Assembly: GCF_006345805.1 (NCBI RefSeq) | Contig: NC_043008.1 | Location: 28,706,001 to 28,770,000, forward strand | DNA length: 64,000 bases | From: Octopus sinensis | Taxonomy: Eukaryota | Direction of reading: 5' to 3' | Shown here: positions 26,763 through 41,559 of the stretch, in pieces | Numbering within the stretch: the stretch's first letter is position 1 | Layout of the letters: every line of letters starts with the position of its first letter | Notes under the pieces: generated by a model | Told to the model about the DNA's origin: nothing | Seen by the model: the letters and a program-made list of their open reading frames with translations, nothing else | Databases searched by the model: none | Position numbers and translations under genes: made by a program

Positions 26763-26952
26763 ATAAAAGAATTTGAATAGTATCTACTTTCAACTCCATT
26801 TATACAACACAAATTACTGCACATTAACCCGGAGTTTCTACCTTTGAATAGGTCGCTACATCCTTGGTGCTTGCGTGAATTTTGCTACCCTGGTAACTGT
26901 TTATTGAAATTTCCATGTTAACGGTAAACAAAGGATAATTCATTCATACATT

Positions 26953-27024
<72 letters not shown>

Positions 27025-27042
27025 TATATACATATATATATG

Positions 27043-27135
<93 letters not shown>

Positions 27136-27159
27136 ATATATATGTGCAGTTATACAGGT

Positions 27160-27340
27160 CTATATTTAAGAGATGAGGAATTATTTACATTAATTTCCTT
27201 AGTTACATTTGACGGATGTGTACTAATCTTGTTCTTGATTCTTGTTAACGCAACATTTTGGCTGATACACCTTCCACCTTTCATCAGGTGAGTTGGGGAA
27301 ACTTCGAACGGGAGTTCTCATTCCAAAGGTATTGTTCGAT
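27160..27340 (-). repeat. pLTR-derived repeat with degenerate hammerhead (same family as 42510-42700)
   Basis: Minus strand CAC-CTGATGA-AAGGTG...CAGCC-AAAA-TG-TT-GCGT; aligns with the 42510-42650 copy. Confidence 0.6.
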
Positions 27341-27341
27341 G

Positions 27342-27344
27342 TTA

Positions 27345-27397
<53 letters not shown>

Positions 27398-27402
27398 TAT
27401 TA

Positions 27403-27438
<36 letters not shown>

Positions 27439-27640
27439 TATTATTATTATTATTACCTTATGTTTGACTTTTGCTTTACATTCGTACAAGTTGGCTCCAA
27501 GTCTCACCCAGAGACCTCACGAGACAAGTTAGAAGTTCATGTTGGTGTTATGCCTAGTGTGCCATATATTTGGCTTTGTACATAGCGTTGTTCTAGAGAA
27601 TATTTAAGATACCATAAGAAAATGATCTGTTTTTTTAAAC
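27342..27640 (-). mobile_element. Dong/R4-clade 3' UTR with (TAA)n tail
   Basis: Reverse complement of 53190-53420, followed on the minus strand by a (TAA)n run. Confidence 0.8.
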
Positions 27641-27649
27641 TATATATAA

Positions 27650-27960
27650 TATAGACCATGGGATTGCACCTAGAAAGTTACCATCCAAGGCACAAGTCCG
27701 AGCAAGCTTCTTTAATGAAGACAAGCAGTCGCCCATGCATAACGGCCCCCTCTCCACGCCACTCGTGTTATCCAAACGAAAAGGCAAAGGCCGATGCAGC
27801 TTGGCACCTTTGACGTCGCAACTCATTTCTACAGCTGAGTGAACTGGAGCAACGTCGAATAATGTGTTTTGCTCAAGAACACAACGCACACCCCGTTCCT
27901 GGATTCGAACTCACAACCTCACGATCGCAAGCTCGACTCTCTAGCCACTGAACTATGCGA
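27650..27960 (-). mobile_element. tRNA-derived SINE
   Basis: Minus-strand head with A-box-like TAGTTCAGTGG and B-box GAGTTCGAATCC, then a central CTTGAGCAAAACAC...CTCCAGTTCACTCAGCTG domain (also at 39640-39930). Confidence 0.85.
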
Positions 27961-28060
27961 CGTCACTCTCTCTCTCTCTCTATTTCGCTATGTCTGTCTG
28001 TCTCTCTCTTTATATATATATATATACATATATATACATATATATATGCACACATATATG

Positions 28061-28121
<61 letters not shown>

Positions 28122-28155
28122 TATATATGTATATATATATATATATATATAAATA

Positions 28156-28193
<38 letters not shown>

Positions 28194-28750
28194 TATATAT
28201 GTATATATATATGTATATATATGCATATATATATGTATATATATATATATGTACATAATATATATATATATATATATATATACATACATATCACAGAAAT
28301 AACATCAGATTCGTGTCAACTTTATATATAGCACCACGCCTCCAAATATTTGATCATAAATAAATATCACCATGGCGCTTAAACATATAAATTATACTTA
28401 TCGATCGACTAACAAAATATTTTCTTACGCCCCTTAAACAAACATGTTTTCAAAAAAGTTCATATAAAGACCAGGAGCATAGAGTTCCATAAAATCAAGT
28501 CAAACAAATATTTGGCCATATATGCATATATACATACATACATATCTATCAGTCTATATATATTCATTCAGAAATATTTTCCAAGAGTGTGTACTAAAAT
28601 TTTCTTAGGAAAGTCGAAATTGCAATAATTCTAATTTAATAATTAGCGAAAGCGAAAGAGGTCGACAAACATAATACTATTTCACTTATAAAATATATTA
28701 CAAAATATTAAGTATGTCAACTACGTGCATTTACCATCTTTAGTTTTGTG

Positions 28751-28790
<40 letters not shown>

Positions 28791-28959
28791 GTGTGTGTGT
28801 GTGTGTGTGTGTGGTATATATGTGTGTGTGTGAGTGTGTGTATGTGTGTGTTAGTTGGGGTTTCTTGAGTGTGTGAATATATAACTGAATGTGTTGGAGT
28901 CGACAAGAAGGAGTACAATTGAACATTTATTTGTAATCACAACAATTGTTTCTACGCAA

Positions 28960-30640
28960 TGTTGTTCTCAGCCTTGCAGGCAAGATGTTTCTGTATCCTT
29001 TTCCTGCATTATGGGATGTAGTTGGGTTTCTTCAGGGAATACGTAGATATTGCCTGTGTAAGCTTGAATACTCGGCTTCGAAGACCTCTTTCCTCTCTTT
29101 CGTGGACTGGGTATTAGTAGTAGCCTTTTAACGCTCCAAGAAATTCTTTGTTGGTTAAAGTCTGATGATGAACTATTTTGAATATATATGTGGTCTATGG
29201 GTGGGTGATGACATTTGATTTCTTTGTACTGTTGATATGGTATCCATGATAGGTACACTATTTCTATCATTATTAGTATTATTAATGGTACTACAACCGG
29301 TAATACCACCGACAATAATACCGTTATTGCTGTTACCATCAACACTACCATTGTTATTAACACGACTAATACTATTATTAATATTATCATTGTTAACAAT
29401 TTCGCTGCTACCGATGATGTTACTATTAATACTATTCCTATTATGATTGTATGATGGGTTGGAATTAGCAAGATTAGTGTTGGAACTCCCGGGTGAAGAA
29501 TCTTTGTTTAGCAGCTTGGTATTGTGGGAAGTTATAATTTGTGAAAGATTCCTATCATTCTATTATTAATTCCCACAAGGTCAGAATCGCTTTCTCTAAC
29601 ACTAGGATAATTCTAATAATAATAGAAATAGTGTAGTTGTTAGCGCTAATAATAATAATAACAACAAACATAACAATAACATCTTCGTTTCGATCTCGGA
29701 GGACAACCCCAACAGAATTAAATTTTTGTCTAGTAATTCTAAGATTAAGAATTCTATTTACCAGTGTAGATATCTTCTTCTATATAGGAGCGTCCACTTC
29801 CCAGTTATCCAAGAGAATTTCAAACCACTATTCAACATTCAGGGATAGTAAAAACGACATAGTACAGGGCTAAGTAAATTAGTTTGGCGTCTTAAAGACA
29901 ACAATATAATTTTCAAGTTAGATTGGTTCATACTGTCTGTATCCTTTCCTTTTGATAAGGGCAGGAGATTTTGTAACATTTATAATTCTGAACTCTCCAT
30001 ATTCTTTTCTCTAAGGTTCTCCTAGTAAACACACTCATAGAAAAATCATTCAAAATTAGACACTGGCAGAAACACACTTTCTACTCATATAAATGATAAC
30101 GATAGTCACTGTGGTTTGAACAATTAGCTTTACGTCCACCCCACTACTATAGAGAAATTCTTCCCTAAGCCTTCGAACATTCTTTCAATCAACGTACTCT
30201 TCCCTCTCCACTTGTTCCCTACCTATTATTCCTTTATCCCTTCTCTTCCTACTATCTAACTTTGACTTCAATTCTTCTAACGGTTTTTTTAAAAAAACAC
30301 TCATTATCGCTTTGTTTACCATGTAGGCAATCATCGAAATTTTTGTTTGTCTTGTCGAGAGAGGGTCCCTTTCTTTCCCGATGAGAAGATTGCATAATGC
30401 ACCCTTTATTCCTTTGGAATGCTGTCTTCGAAACATATGTCGCGAGTAAAGGAATTTTGTTTACATTTTCGTTCGACTCCATTCTTTCATTTATTCATAT
30501 ACAACACACAAATTTCTGCACATGAACCCGGAGTTTCTACCCTTGGCAGGTCGCTTCAACCGTGTTTCTGACGTGAATTTGCTATCCAGGTTTCGGTTAA
30601 ACGAATTTTCCATGCTGACGATAAACATAGGATAATTCAT
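28960..30640 (+). mobile_element. Rearranged Penelope-like fragment: inverted linker, GIY-YIG endonuclease, pLTR with hammerhead
   Basis: Plus strand: IINSHKVRIAFSNT and FYIGASTSQLSKRISNHYSTFR...LVWRLKDNNI.F...W.IL...FDKGRRFC. Minus strand 28960-29549: NLSQIITSHNTKLLNK plus an Asn-rich linker. Hammerhead-like CCGATGA-GAAGA...TCTTC-GAAA-CATATG-TC at 30378-30441. Confidence 0.8.
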
Positions 30641-31329
30641 TCACCTACTTAAATATGTGTATATATATACATATATCATAATGTATATATGCAAATAATT
30701 TAAAAACCTGCCTGGTATATATGATATTAAAATGTTAAGATAAGGAAAATGCACAATAAATTCATATAACATGATTAAATGCTTGAGCAAACAATAAAAA
30801 TAAACCCCGTGGAAGCATTAGCTTAAATTTGTAAACCAGTTAAAGGCTTTCTATAGAGTGAAGTTGAAATATGCAATAGCATTGTAATGAAAACTATGTA
30901 TAATGTGTAATGTTCTAGTTCTACATGGTCTATTATTGTTAGAATTAGCTTAACTATACTGGATACCCCGACAAACCGCTTTTTCGTAACATTATTGTAA
31001 TACGGCGCGGCATTTTGAAATGTAGTCACCTATGAAGAAATTGATGATATTCGCCTTCCTACATTACTAACTTGTATTTCCTTCAAGACAAGACTCTATT
31101 CGATAAATTCTGAACCCAACAGGTGGTCAGCTGCAAATCATTGGGGTTTGTTGAGCGAATTGATTAGCACTATCTTCTTATAGCGATTTTTCACCCTTTT
31201 CTGTTGTGATAACGTGTATCATCTTCAGCGTTGGTATGTTCGTTTATTTGTTAAGTTTCCCTGACTGTTCTATAATTTGTTATATATAAAACATAAATAA
31301 ATGTGTATATATATATATATATATATATA

Positions 31330-32544
31330 CGAGGGACGTTCAATAAGTAATGCCTCTGACCCACTTGCAGTCGTTTGATCCAGCTGAAATTTTGCAGGTG
31401 CAAACATTTTTATCTCTATACAGTAAGTGTCAAATTACAGCTCTGAATTAATTGTGGTTTCTGATTTACAGGTGTTTGAACCGAGTCAAGTGTGAAATGG
31501 AGCCTGTTGAGTGTCGAGCAGTGATCCGGTTTTTGTATTTGAAAGGACGCACACCACGGGCGACTTTTGATGAAATGAAAGTAACTTATGGTGATGATGC
31601 CCCATCATATGACCTCATAAAACGCTGGCATCGTGAATTCAAACATGGTCGGAACTCTGTGGAAACAGCTCCCAGATCTGGTCGCCCCTTCTGCCATTGA
31701 TGAGGCATCTGTCCGTCAAGTTGAGGCTGCCATTTTGGAAGATCGACGCATAATTATTCGCCAAATAGCCCACGAAGTCATGATTAGTACCGGGTCTGTG
31801 GAAAATATCATTCATGACCATTTGCATATGCAAAAGGTGTCTGCTAGATGGATTCCCAGGTTGCTCACGCCTTTCCAGAAGCAAGAACGCGTCGAGTGCT
31901 CGAGAGTGAATTTGGAGATGTGCCAAGAAGATGAGTTAAAATTTTTCAAAGCCCAGTCAATGCAGTGGAAGCACCGTGACTCACCCCCTCCAAAGAAGGC
32001 AAGGGTGCAGCCCTCTGCTGGCAAGGTCATGCTCACAGTCTTCTGGGAACCAGGACGGAGTTAGTGATGACAGATTTCCTGGCAAAAGGTACCACATTGC
32101 AGGAGCCTATTATGCTTCACTTTTGAAGAAATTAAGAGAAGTTATCAAAATCAAGAGGCGGGGCAAGATCAGCAAAGACATCCTCCTCCTGCAGGACAAC
32201 GCTCCGGTTCACAACTCGCTGCGCATGGCTATGAACTCCTCCCCTATCCCCCTATTTTCCTGACCTTGCACCCTTTGATTTTCACCTCTTCCCAGTCATG
32301 AAGTTGTTTTTGAAAGGAAAGCGTTTCCCAGATGATGCAGCCTTGATTTCTGAAGTCACGTTGAGGTTGGAGGACCAAGCTGGGTTCTTCTACAAAAACG
32401 GTCTCTAGAGCTGCATCAAACAATGGGAGAAATGCGTAACTCTGTTTGTTCGCTATGTAGAAAAAGACTAATAAATGTGCCAAGTTTCGTTGCTCTACTG
32501 GTATGGGAAGTGGGTCAGGGGCATTACTTATTGAACGTCCCTCG
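31330..32544 (+). mobile_element. Full-length mariner transposon with pseudogenised transposase
   Basis: 37-bp TIRs with 1 mismatch (CGAGGGACGTTCAATAAGTAATGCC...) and TA on both sides. MEPVECRAVIRFL...RSGRP HTH, VSARWIPRLLT, KVMLTVFW, LLLQDNAPVH. Frameshifts and stops present. Confidence 0.95.
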
Positions 32545-32547
32545 TAT

Positions 32548-32622
32548 ATATGTATGTATACATGCATACTTACATATACATACACACACCCACACACACA
32601 CACACACACACCACACACACAC

Positions 32623-32683
<61 letters not shown>

Positions 32684-32695
32684 TATTATATATAT

Positions 32696-32767
<72 letters not shown>

Positions 32768-33396
32768 TCAATTCTTTTATGGTAAAGTTAACGGTATGCA
32801 AAGAAACTCCTATTTCATTATGATGCTAAATAGTCAGTCATTTTTCGGGGTTGCATCGCTGTTATACCGATATGATGTAGGAAAATTCTAGAAATTTATA
32901 GATAGATTATATATCACTTCAGGCGTTTCCACAAATCAGAATATGTATCCTTAATACGATTATAGAATAGTCCATAATATCCTTGCGTATCCGGTGGGCA
33001 ATCATCATTGACTCATTTCATCAGGCGATATTGCATTAGTGGACGGGTCACAGAGGAAATGTTTATCTCTTCTTGCCACGATGAAGACCGATATAGCTAT
33101 ATAGGTATTTCTGTCTTTACTTGGTAGGTGAATGTAGGTGATGGGAGTAGAGGAAGGAATGTCAGAAAAGTGGGGATGGAGTTGTGTGATTTGTGGAAAC
33201 GCCTGAAGCGATATATTAAATATCTATAAATTTTGTTCTAGATTTTATCCTACATCATATCGGTATAAGAGTGATGCAACCCCGAAAAACTGACTGACTA
33301 CTTAGCATCATTAGAAGGTAGACGGCATAATGAAATAGGAGTTTTCTTTGCACAGCGCTAGCTTTACCATAAAAGAATTGAAAAGGTATATATAAA

Positions 33397-33470
<74 letters not shown>

Positions 33471-33510
33471 GTGTGTGTGTGTATATGTAAGTATGCATGT
33501 ATATATGTGT
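32548..33510. repeat. Large imperfect inverted repeat, arms ~32548-32938 and ~33188-33510
   Basis: Unique ~170-bp core plus adjoining (TA)n and (CA)n/(TG)n tracts mirrored; ~250-bp spacer. Confidence 0.85.
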
Positions 33511-33741
33511 GGGTATGTATACATGTTTATATGTATGTTCATACGTATGTGTGAATATGTACATATAATTATGTTTGCGTAATATGCACGTATTCGAGCT
33601 TGCGAGCGCGCATATATATATATATATATATAATATAATTATATATATATATATAATATATATATTATATATATTATATATATATTATATAATATATATA
33701 TTTATTTATTTATTTATTTATTTATCTGCATACACACACAT

Positions 33742-33773
<32 letters not shown>

Positions 33774-34191
33774 TATATAGTATGTGTCATATATATATAT
33801 ATATATATGTATATGTAAGTTTAATATGCATGCTGTACGTGTGTCCGAGCATGAGTATATCTGAAAATGTAAATGCTTGTGTATGAGCAAGTATGTTTAC
33901 GTGTAGGAGTGTAAAAATATAGAGAAGGATATATGTGCACTTCTAAGCCAACGAGCATATTGACCAATGTGCAAAATAATAAATAAAACCTATATATTTG
34001 AAAGACTAATGACACATGTTTTGTGGCTATATTTAAGATATGATTATAAAAACATTAGTTGTAGAAGTAAAATCACTTCAATATAAATATATCGACTCAT
34101 CAGATTACAGATAACTACAATAATAAAATAATATTTTAATAAATATACGTAAATAATATTTAAAATATATATATATTCTTTAATATATATA

Positions 34192-34562
34192 TTAGTACTA
34201 TGACCCGGCAACGCCGGGTCATAGTTCTAGTGCATGCATATACAGCTGAGTTCGTGCGCACATACACTCGAGTCCTGTCCAAATCTCCGACCAATCACAT
34301 GCAGCTAGCTGGCATTCAATTGGCGTATCATGTTTCGGGTATTTAGATTGGGTTTTGGATAGAAAATTCACAAAAAAGTCACTTCTATTGATTTTTCAAT
34401 GGCTTTGCGGGGTGACTGGGGAAATATAAAGATATGCACGACCACCCTTGGCCGGTGTTGAATGACCATAGAAGTGGGAGCTCTTTAACTGAAACATTGT
34501 AGATTAGTATAAAGGACACACACACAGACATTTTGTCGTTTATATATATATATATATATATA
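34192..34562 (-). mobile_element. Non-autonomous Helitron-like element
   Basis: 3' end has a perfect 13-bp hairpin (34197-34225) followed by CTAA|T, matching the CTRR terminus. The 5' end TATATAAACGACAAAATGTCTGTGTG merges into (TA)n. Confidence 0.75.
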
Positions 34563-35299
34563 AGTTGCACAATATACATTAAGTGAAAACTAAATACAAC
34601 ACTTTAAACTATATACATTAAATCAAATTAGTAATTAATATATTTATTTAATTAACATCCAAATACAGTTTAATACCCATTAAGCAATTGATAATAAAAA
34701 CCTTAATATTAATTAATATACACAATGCTAGTACAAGCCATAAATAAGAAATGGTTAAAATATACACCCACCCATTATATAAACTAACTATATAATTTAT
34801 ATATGTGTAGTATCTATAGATTTAATATATTACTCAATAATATAGTTAACCAAAATATCAAGTAATATAAAAACTAAATTACTTAAATGTAATACTACTT
34901 GATTAATATACCACCTAATTACCAAATAATGTATTGTCTAACTAAAGTAATTCCCAAATTAAAATATATGTAATACGTTAAATCCCTTTATAAAAATAAT
35001 AATAATAAAGCGATCTAAATAAATAGATATAATAATTAATAACTATCAATATATATAAAATAATAATATTTCAATAACAATAATAATAACAATAATAATC
35101 AAACCCAATATAATTCAAAAGCCAAATAATATTTATAAGCAAAAACCGTTACTTAGCTTGTCGATGAAAATAATATAACTGAATTTTAAATGTAAAAAAA
35201 TATATAGGTCTTAGTGTTTATAAAAATTAAACGCGTGAAGACTTAGTGTAAACAAATAGAATGAATTATCAATGAAAATGGCTAAAACTATTTACCAAT

Positions 35300-37240
<1,941 letters not shown>

Positions 37241-37332
37241 ATTGTCACATATTATATTTACAGTTAAATATTCCTCTATTTACAAAATATTGAGGTCTCT
37301 TTCCTTCTTTTGTTATCTTACTGTTTTTACCA

Positions 37333-37363
<31 letters not shown>

Positions 37364-37413
37364 TTAGTGAATTGAAGAAATGGAGTTGAACGAAGATTGA
37401 ATAGAAATCGTTT

Positions 37414-37506
37414 TATTGCATTCTACACGTGTTTCGAAAGGCACAATTTACCAAATTCCGATTGAATAAGGAGACCATATTGTGTCTTTCTCTTCAGGAA
37501 GAAATA
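37414..37506 (-). ncRNA. Hammerhead motif with long stem II and canonical core
   Basis: TATT-TC-TTC / CTGAAGA / GAAAGACACAAT...ATTGTGCCTTTC / GAAA-CACGTG-TA / GAA-TGC-AATA. Same pLTR family as 26.7 and 30.4 kb. Confidence 0.7.
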
Positions 37507-37589
37507 GGAAATCCGTTGGAAAAAACAAAAACAGAACAGAGGCGGAGCAAAACAAATCGAACGAGGCTCCTAAGAGCCCATGGCCAAAC

Positions 37590-37625
<36 letters not shown>

Positions 37626-38056
37626 AAGATTATTTATTAATTAATTATTTTATTATTGCAGTTATCTTTAAACTGATGAGTGGATGTAATTATATTGAAG
37701 TGATTTTACTACTACTACTAATATTTTTACTATAATCATTTCTTAGATATAGAACGAAAACGTGTCGTTATTCTACCAAATATATATGTTTTATTTTTTA
37801 TTTTGCGCATTAATTAATTATCGTTATATTTTATATCTTATATTTAATCTTTCTATTATATGTAATTTTCTATATATGTAATTTAATTTTTCACCTTGAA
37901 TTGATAAAAGGTAGTTTATTTTCCTATTTATATATATATATATATAATATTATGTTTAAGTTGATTTGGTATTTCTAAATTGAATTTTTCCCTGTAACTT
38001 TGGAATAACATTCCCTCATATAATATATATATATATATATGCATATATATGTATGT

Positions 38057-38103
<47 letters not shown>

Positions 38104-38144
38104 GATGAGAAAGTTGCTTTGTGAAAGCACGTGGTTGAATATAT

Positions 38145-38513
38145 AGAAAATAGTAAAAAGTGAAAAAACTACAGAAGGCTTGTTTTAAAAGGTTAATAAA
38201 TATATATTTGAGTCAATATGTATGAATAATGTTATAATTTTTTTTTCTTAAATGACAAGTTTAGAAGAAATGACCGGTTTCGCGTTCAGCTTTTCAAATT
38301 TCTTACTTATTACCTCCCCTTATCTGGAACTCTTCTCAACATAAACATAACGATGTAAGAAATTTGAAAAGCTGAACGCGAAACCGGTCATTTCTTCTAA
38401 ATTATGTCAACGTAAGAAAAAAATTATAACATTCTTCAGACATATTGACTCAAATATATATTTTTTAACCTTTTAAAACAAGCCTTCTGTATTTTTTTCA
38501 GTTTTTACTATTT

Positions 38514-38516
<3 letters not shown>
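38145..38516. mobile_element. Non-coding foldback element with hammerheads in both arms
   Basis: 162-bp arms at 38145-38306 and 38355-38516, 48-bp spacer, flanked by (TA)n/(CT)n. Confidence 0.9.
38357..38396 (+). ncRNA. Minimal hammerhead motif, U3:A8 variant (identical copy 38265-38304, minus)
   Basis: AAGAAAT / TTGAAAA / GC-TGAAC-GC / GAAA-CCGG-TC / ATTTCTT: 7-bp stem I, palindromic ACCGGT, only 2-bp stem II. Confidence 0.65.
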
Positions 38517-38558
<42 letters not shown>

Positions 38559-38597
38559 GATATATATATATATACATATATACATATACATATATAG

Positions 38598-38637
<40 letters not shown>

Positions 38638-39169
38638 ACATATAGTTATATAGATATTTTGAAGGGAAAGAATATAGAGATAAAATTGATGTATGAATAC
38701 GTTATTTGTATGTTATAAAGTGTTTAAAATTTCTATTAAAAAACATAACAGTACAAATTTATTCATTACAAGTTGTAAAGCTCGAAAGAAAAGAAAACTA
38801 CCTACATATATCTTTCAATAATATCCCGCCCTAATACACAAGCACCTGCCACACCTGTCATGGTAATCAACATCACAGCCATAAACACCAACAACTCACT
38901 CCAATTATAACATACAAATAAAAATCCGCACATCAACACATTCAACGCTCCTCCTTCATGCACACAAATTCCTGCCCACTTAAAATTCATGAATATTGAC
39001 AACACTTTGAGCTACAACGGGTTAAAAGATAAATTCCCCGAAGACATTGGAACTCTGCAACTGCAATTTACAGTTGGGTTATATCGGAATTTATTCCAAA
39101 TGTCCCCACAAGCCACATTGGGAGGAGAGAATATACCTACTCCCACTACTAAAATCACCAAGTAAAAGC

Positions 39170-39420
39170 CTTTTTATCTCTCTCCGCGTATTTTCGCTAG
39201 GTAGCATAAATGTACATAGCCTGGTATAGAATTGGAAACAAGGACATTTTTTAAACGATCTCAGGTTATTGTAGTTCCCAGTTAAATCAGACTGACGAGG
39301 CCGCAGGCTTTCTTACCACTCTGCGATGGTTGTGAGGTTTTGTGGCTCCATGCCAGCCAAGAGGTGTGGGTACGGCGGTATTTTTCAGGAAATGTCTGGA
39401 CGTAGTGATAAAGACAATCT
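39170..39420 (+). mobile_element. Tx1/L1-like endonuclease N-terminal remnant
   Basis: LGSINVHSL...WKQGHFLNDLR, similar to WKQVRLLND at ~58610. Confidence 0.45.
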
Positions 39421-39639
39421 TAACATGTTTTTTCATTGTTGTGCCTACATACGACCCCACCCCCATCTGTGTTGTCTGTCCTTTACATTTTGCCCGCAGT
39501 GGTGAATAACGAATTAAATTTAATGAACAGCCACATACAAGATTTGTTTATAGTGATCAAATGTTTCTATTCAAATAAACTTACTCCCTCCATCAAATCG
39601 ATATTACCTGTACATGTGGACCGTGAGCCATATGTCAGA

Positions 39640-39930
39640 TGACGAAATTGTCACAGAGCGACGGGAAATAAAGTGCTTTTGCTCAAGAACACATCACAAC
39701 GCCATGGGTCCGATTCCTAGACTGAGTGTCACGTTGTGTTCTTGAGCAAAACATTTTATTTCATGTGGCTCCAGTCCACTCAGTTGTAAAAGGGGTGCCT
39801 TGTGGTGGAATAGTCATCTGAACGGGAGGAATGTTGGCCTACTCAACTAGGCAGTAGGATGGTCACATTCGAAAGCTAAAAACAATGCTAAGTGAATTGT
39901 GACCAGCGATATATAATAAAACCTGATAGT
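39640..39930. mobile_element. Two SINE segments joined head-to-head
   Basis: Inverted pair at 39666-39701/39732-39761 of the CGTTGTGTTCTTGAGCAAAAC domain. Confidence 0.65.
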
Positions 39931-40344
39931 TTCGTCGATCATGTGTGCATGAGATGTGTGCATGTGTGTATGATTGTGTGCGTGCGCGTGTGATTGAATG
40001 TGTGTATGTGAAGGCATATTCCTTAGCGGTTAGGTTGTTGTACTTGCGATATATATATTTGTTTGTAGTCAAGAAAGACAACAGAGCAACACGGTCGGTA
40101 GGAGATGTTAGAAAGGTAAAGGTGAAGGATATATTGTAGTTGAATAAATCAGATTTTGTGTGACGTAAAGCTGAAGGCGAGAGCACTTGTAGAAGTCGAA
40201 ATGTTGAAGTGGACTGAGTCTTCCGTAATGAATTGTGATATTACAGGCTTTCCGGCGCGCCTGTCTACACATTTGAAGTATAAAGTATGTGCGATATATT
40301 AGTGAATATCAGTATATATATATATATATATATGTGTATATATA

Positions 40345-40407
<63 letters not shown>

Positions 40408-40559
40408 CACACACATAAAAAAGGGTGAAAAAAAAGAAGGAGGCAGTGACGTAGCAGTCTTAGTTTTATTTCACCGTAACGTATTTGGATTCCTCTTTTT
40501 ACCACAAATTGATATATATCGATATGTATGTATGTTTCTGTGTATGCAAGCATGTATGT

Positions 40560-40698
40560 ATGCATGTATGTATGCATGTTGTCAATTTTGTACAAGACTT
40601 TGTAGATCTTTAGCTGGGCTAAAAAGTCACATTCGGTCACAGCACCACTAACAGTTCAACTTCATGCAATGGCCATACTCGATAACGAGGGGGCAGTC

Positions 40699-40700
<2 letters not shown>
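40560..40700 (+). mobile_element. RTE LINE 3' end with (TATG)n tail
   Basis: CQFCTRLCRSLAGLKSHIRSQH*, a short UTR, then tandem TATG. Confidence 0.75.
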
Positions 40701-40731
<31 letters not shown>

Positions 40732-41559
40732 TGTATGTACGTATGTATATATGTATGTATGTATGTGTGTATGCATGAACGTAAGTCTTTCATTACATAT
40801 ATATGTGTGTGTAGAAATTTTGCGCCATATCAACTTATACCTCGTTATATTATGCTGTATATTTGTGATTAAGCACTTCCTTTCGTTTCTGGTTTCCATA
40901 TGTATAGTTGAATCTATATTCTTTTACTCTTTAACTTTTACTTGTCTCATTCATCTGACTGCGGCCATGGTGAAACACCGATGCAAGAACCTTTATGATT
41001 ACTGTTAGTTAAGTATTTAATTTATTTCTTATCATCGTAATTTAGATTGTTGTCTGAATGTTATCGCATTTATGATGGTCATTATTTATTTGTATAATTA
41101 TTTTATGCCACCTCATCCATGAATTCTCTTTGAAACGATTTGTTTTTTGTCCATTCATTTTTATGTTACAACCCAGTATTTAAACTAGCAGTAAATTAAT
41201 ATATAGCTGGCGAATTTCTTAATTTAAAAGAACACCATTTTCCTCCAGGCATAAGTATGGAAAATATCGAAGAGGAGCTATGTTAAGGTTAGTTATTCTC
41301 CCAAGAGAAATTGTGATAAGTCTTTGTCCAAGTTTATATGATTCTTGCGTGAGTCAAGTCGTCCGGATTTTAAAATTACCTGCAACTATACAAAAACAGC
41401 AGCTTCAAATCAACGATGCGGTTTACCTTCGCATGAGCGAGCAATTCAGTATTTTCTCACGAACCAATGACAGTTTATACAAAAGAACTGATTCGTTAAC
41501 GCCTTGTATGCACGCGGATAGCTATATCTCATGTAAATAGAAGCGTCCTTAAATTTCGT

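Noticed and set aside
27880-27960. tRNA gene
   Set aside because: A/B boxes run directly into SINE body sequence; no complete cloverleaf.
30823-31029. Protein-like minus ORF with a plausible acceptor
   Set aside because: No recognisable domain, no good donor, and no partner exons.
40150-40215. CTGAAGG...GAAATGTT hammerhead-like string
   Set aside because: A9 is altered and there is no stem I pairing.
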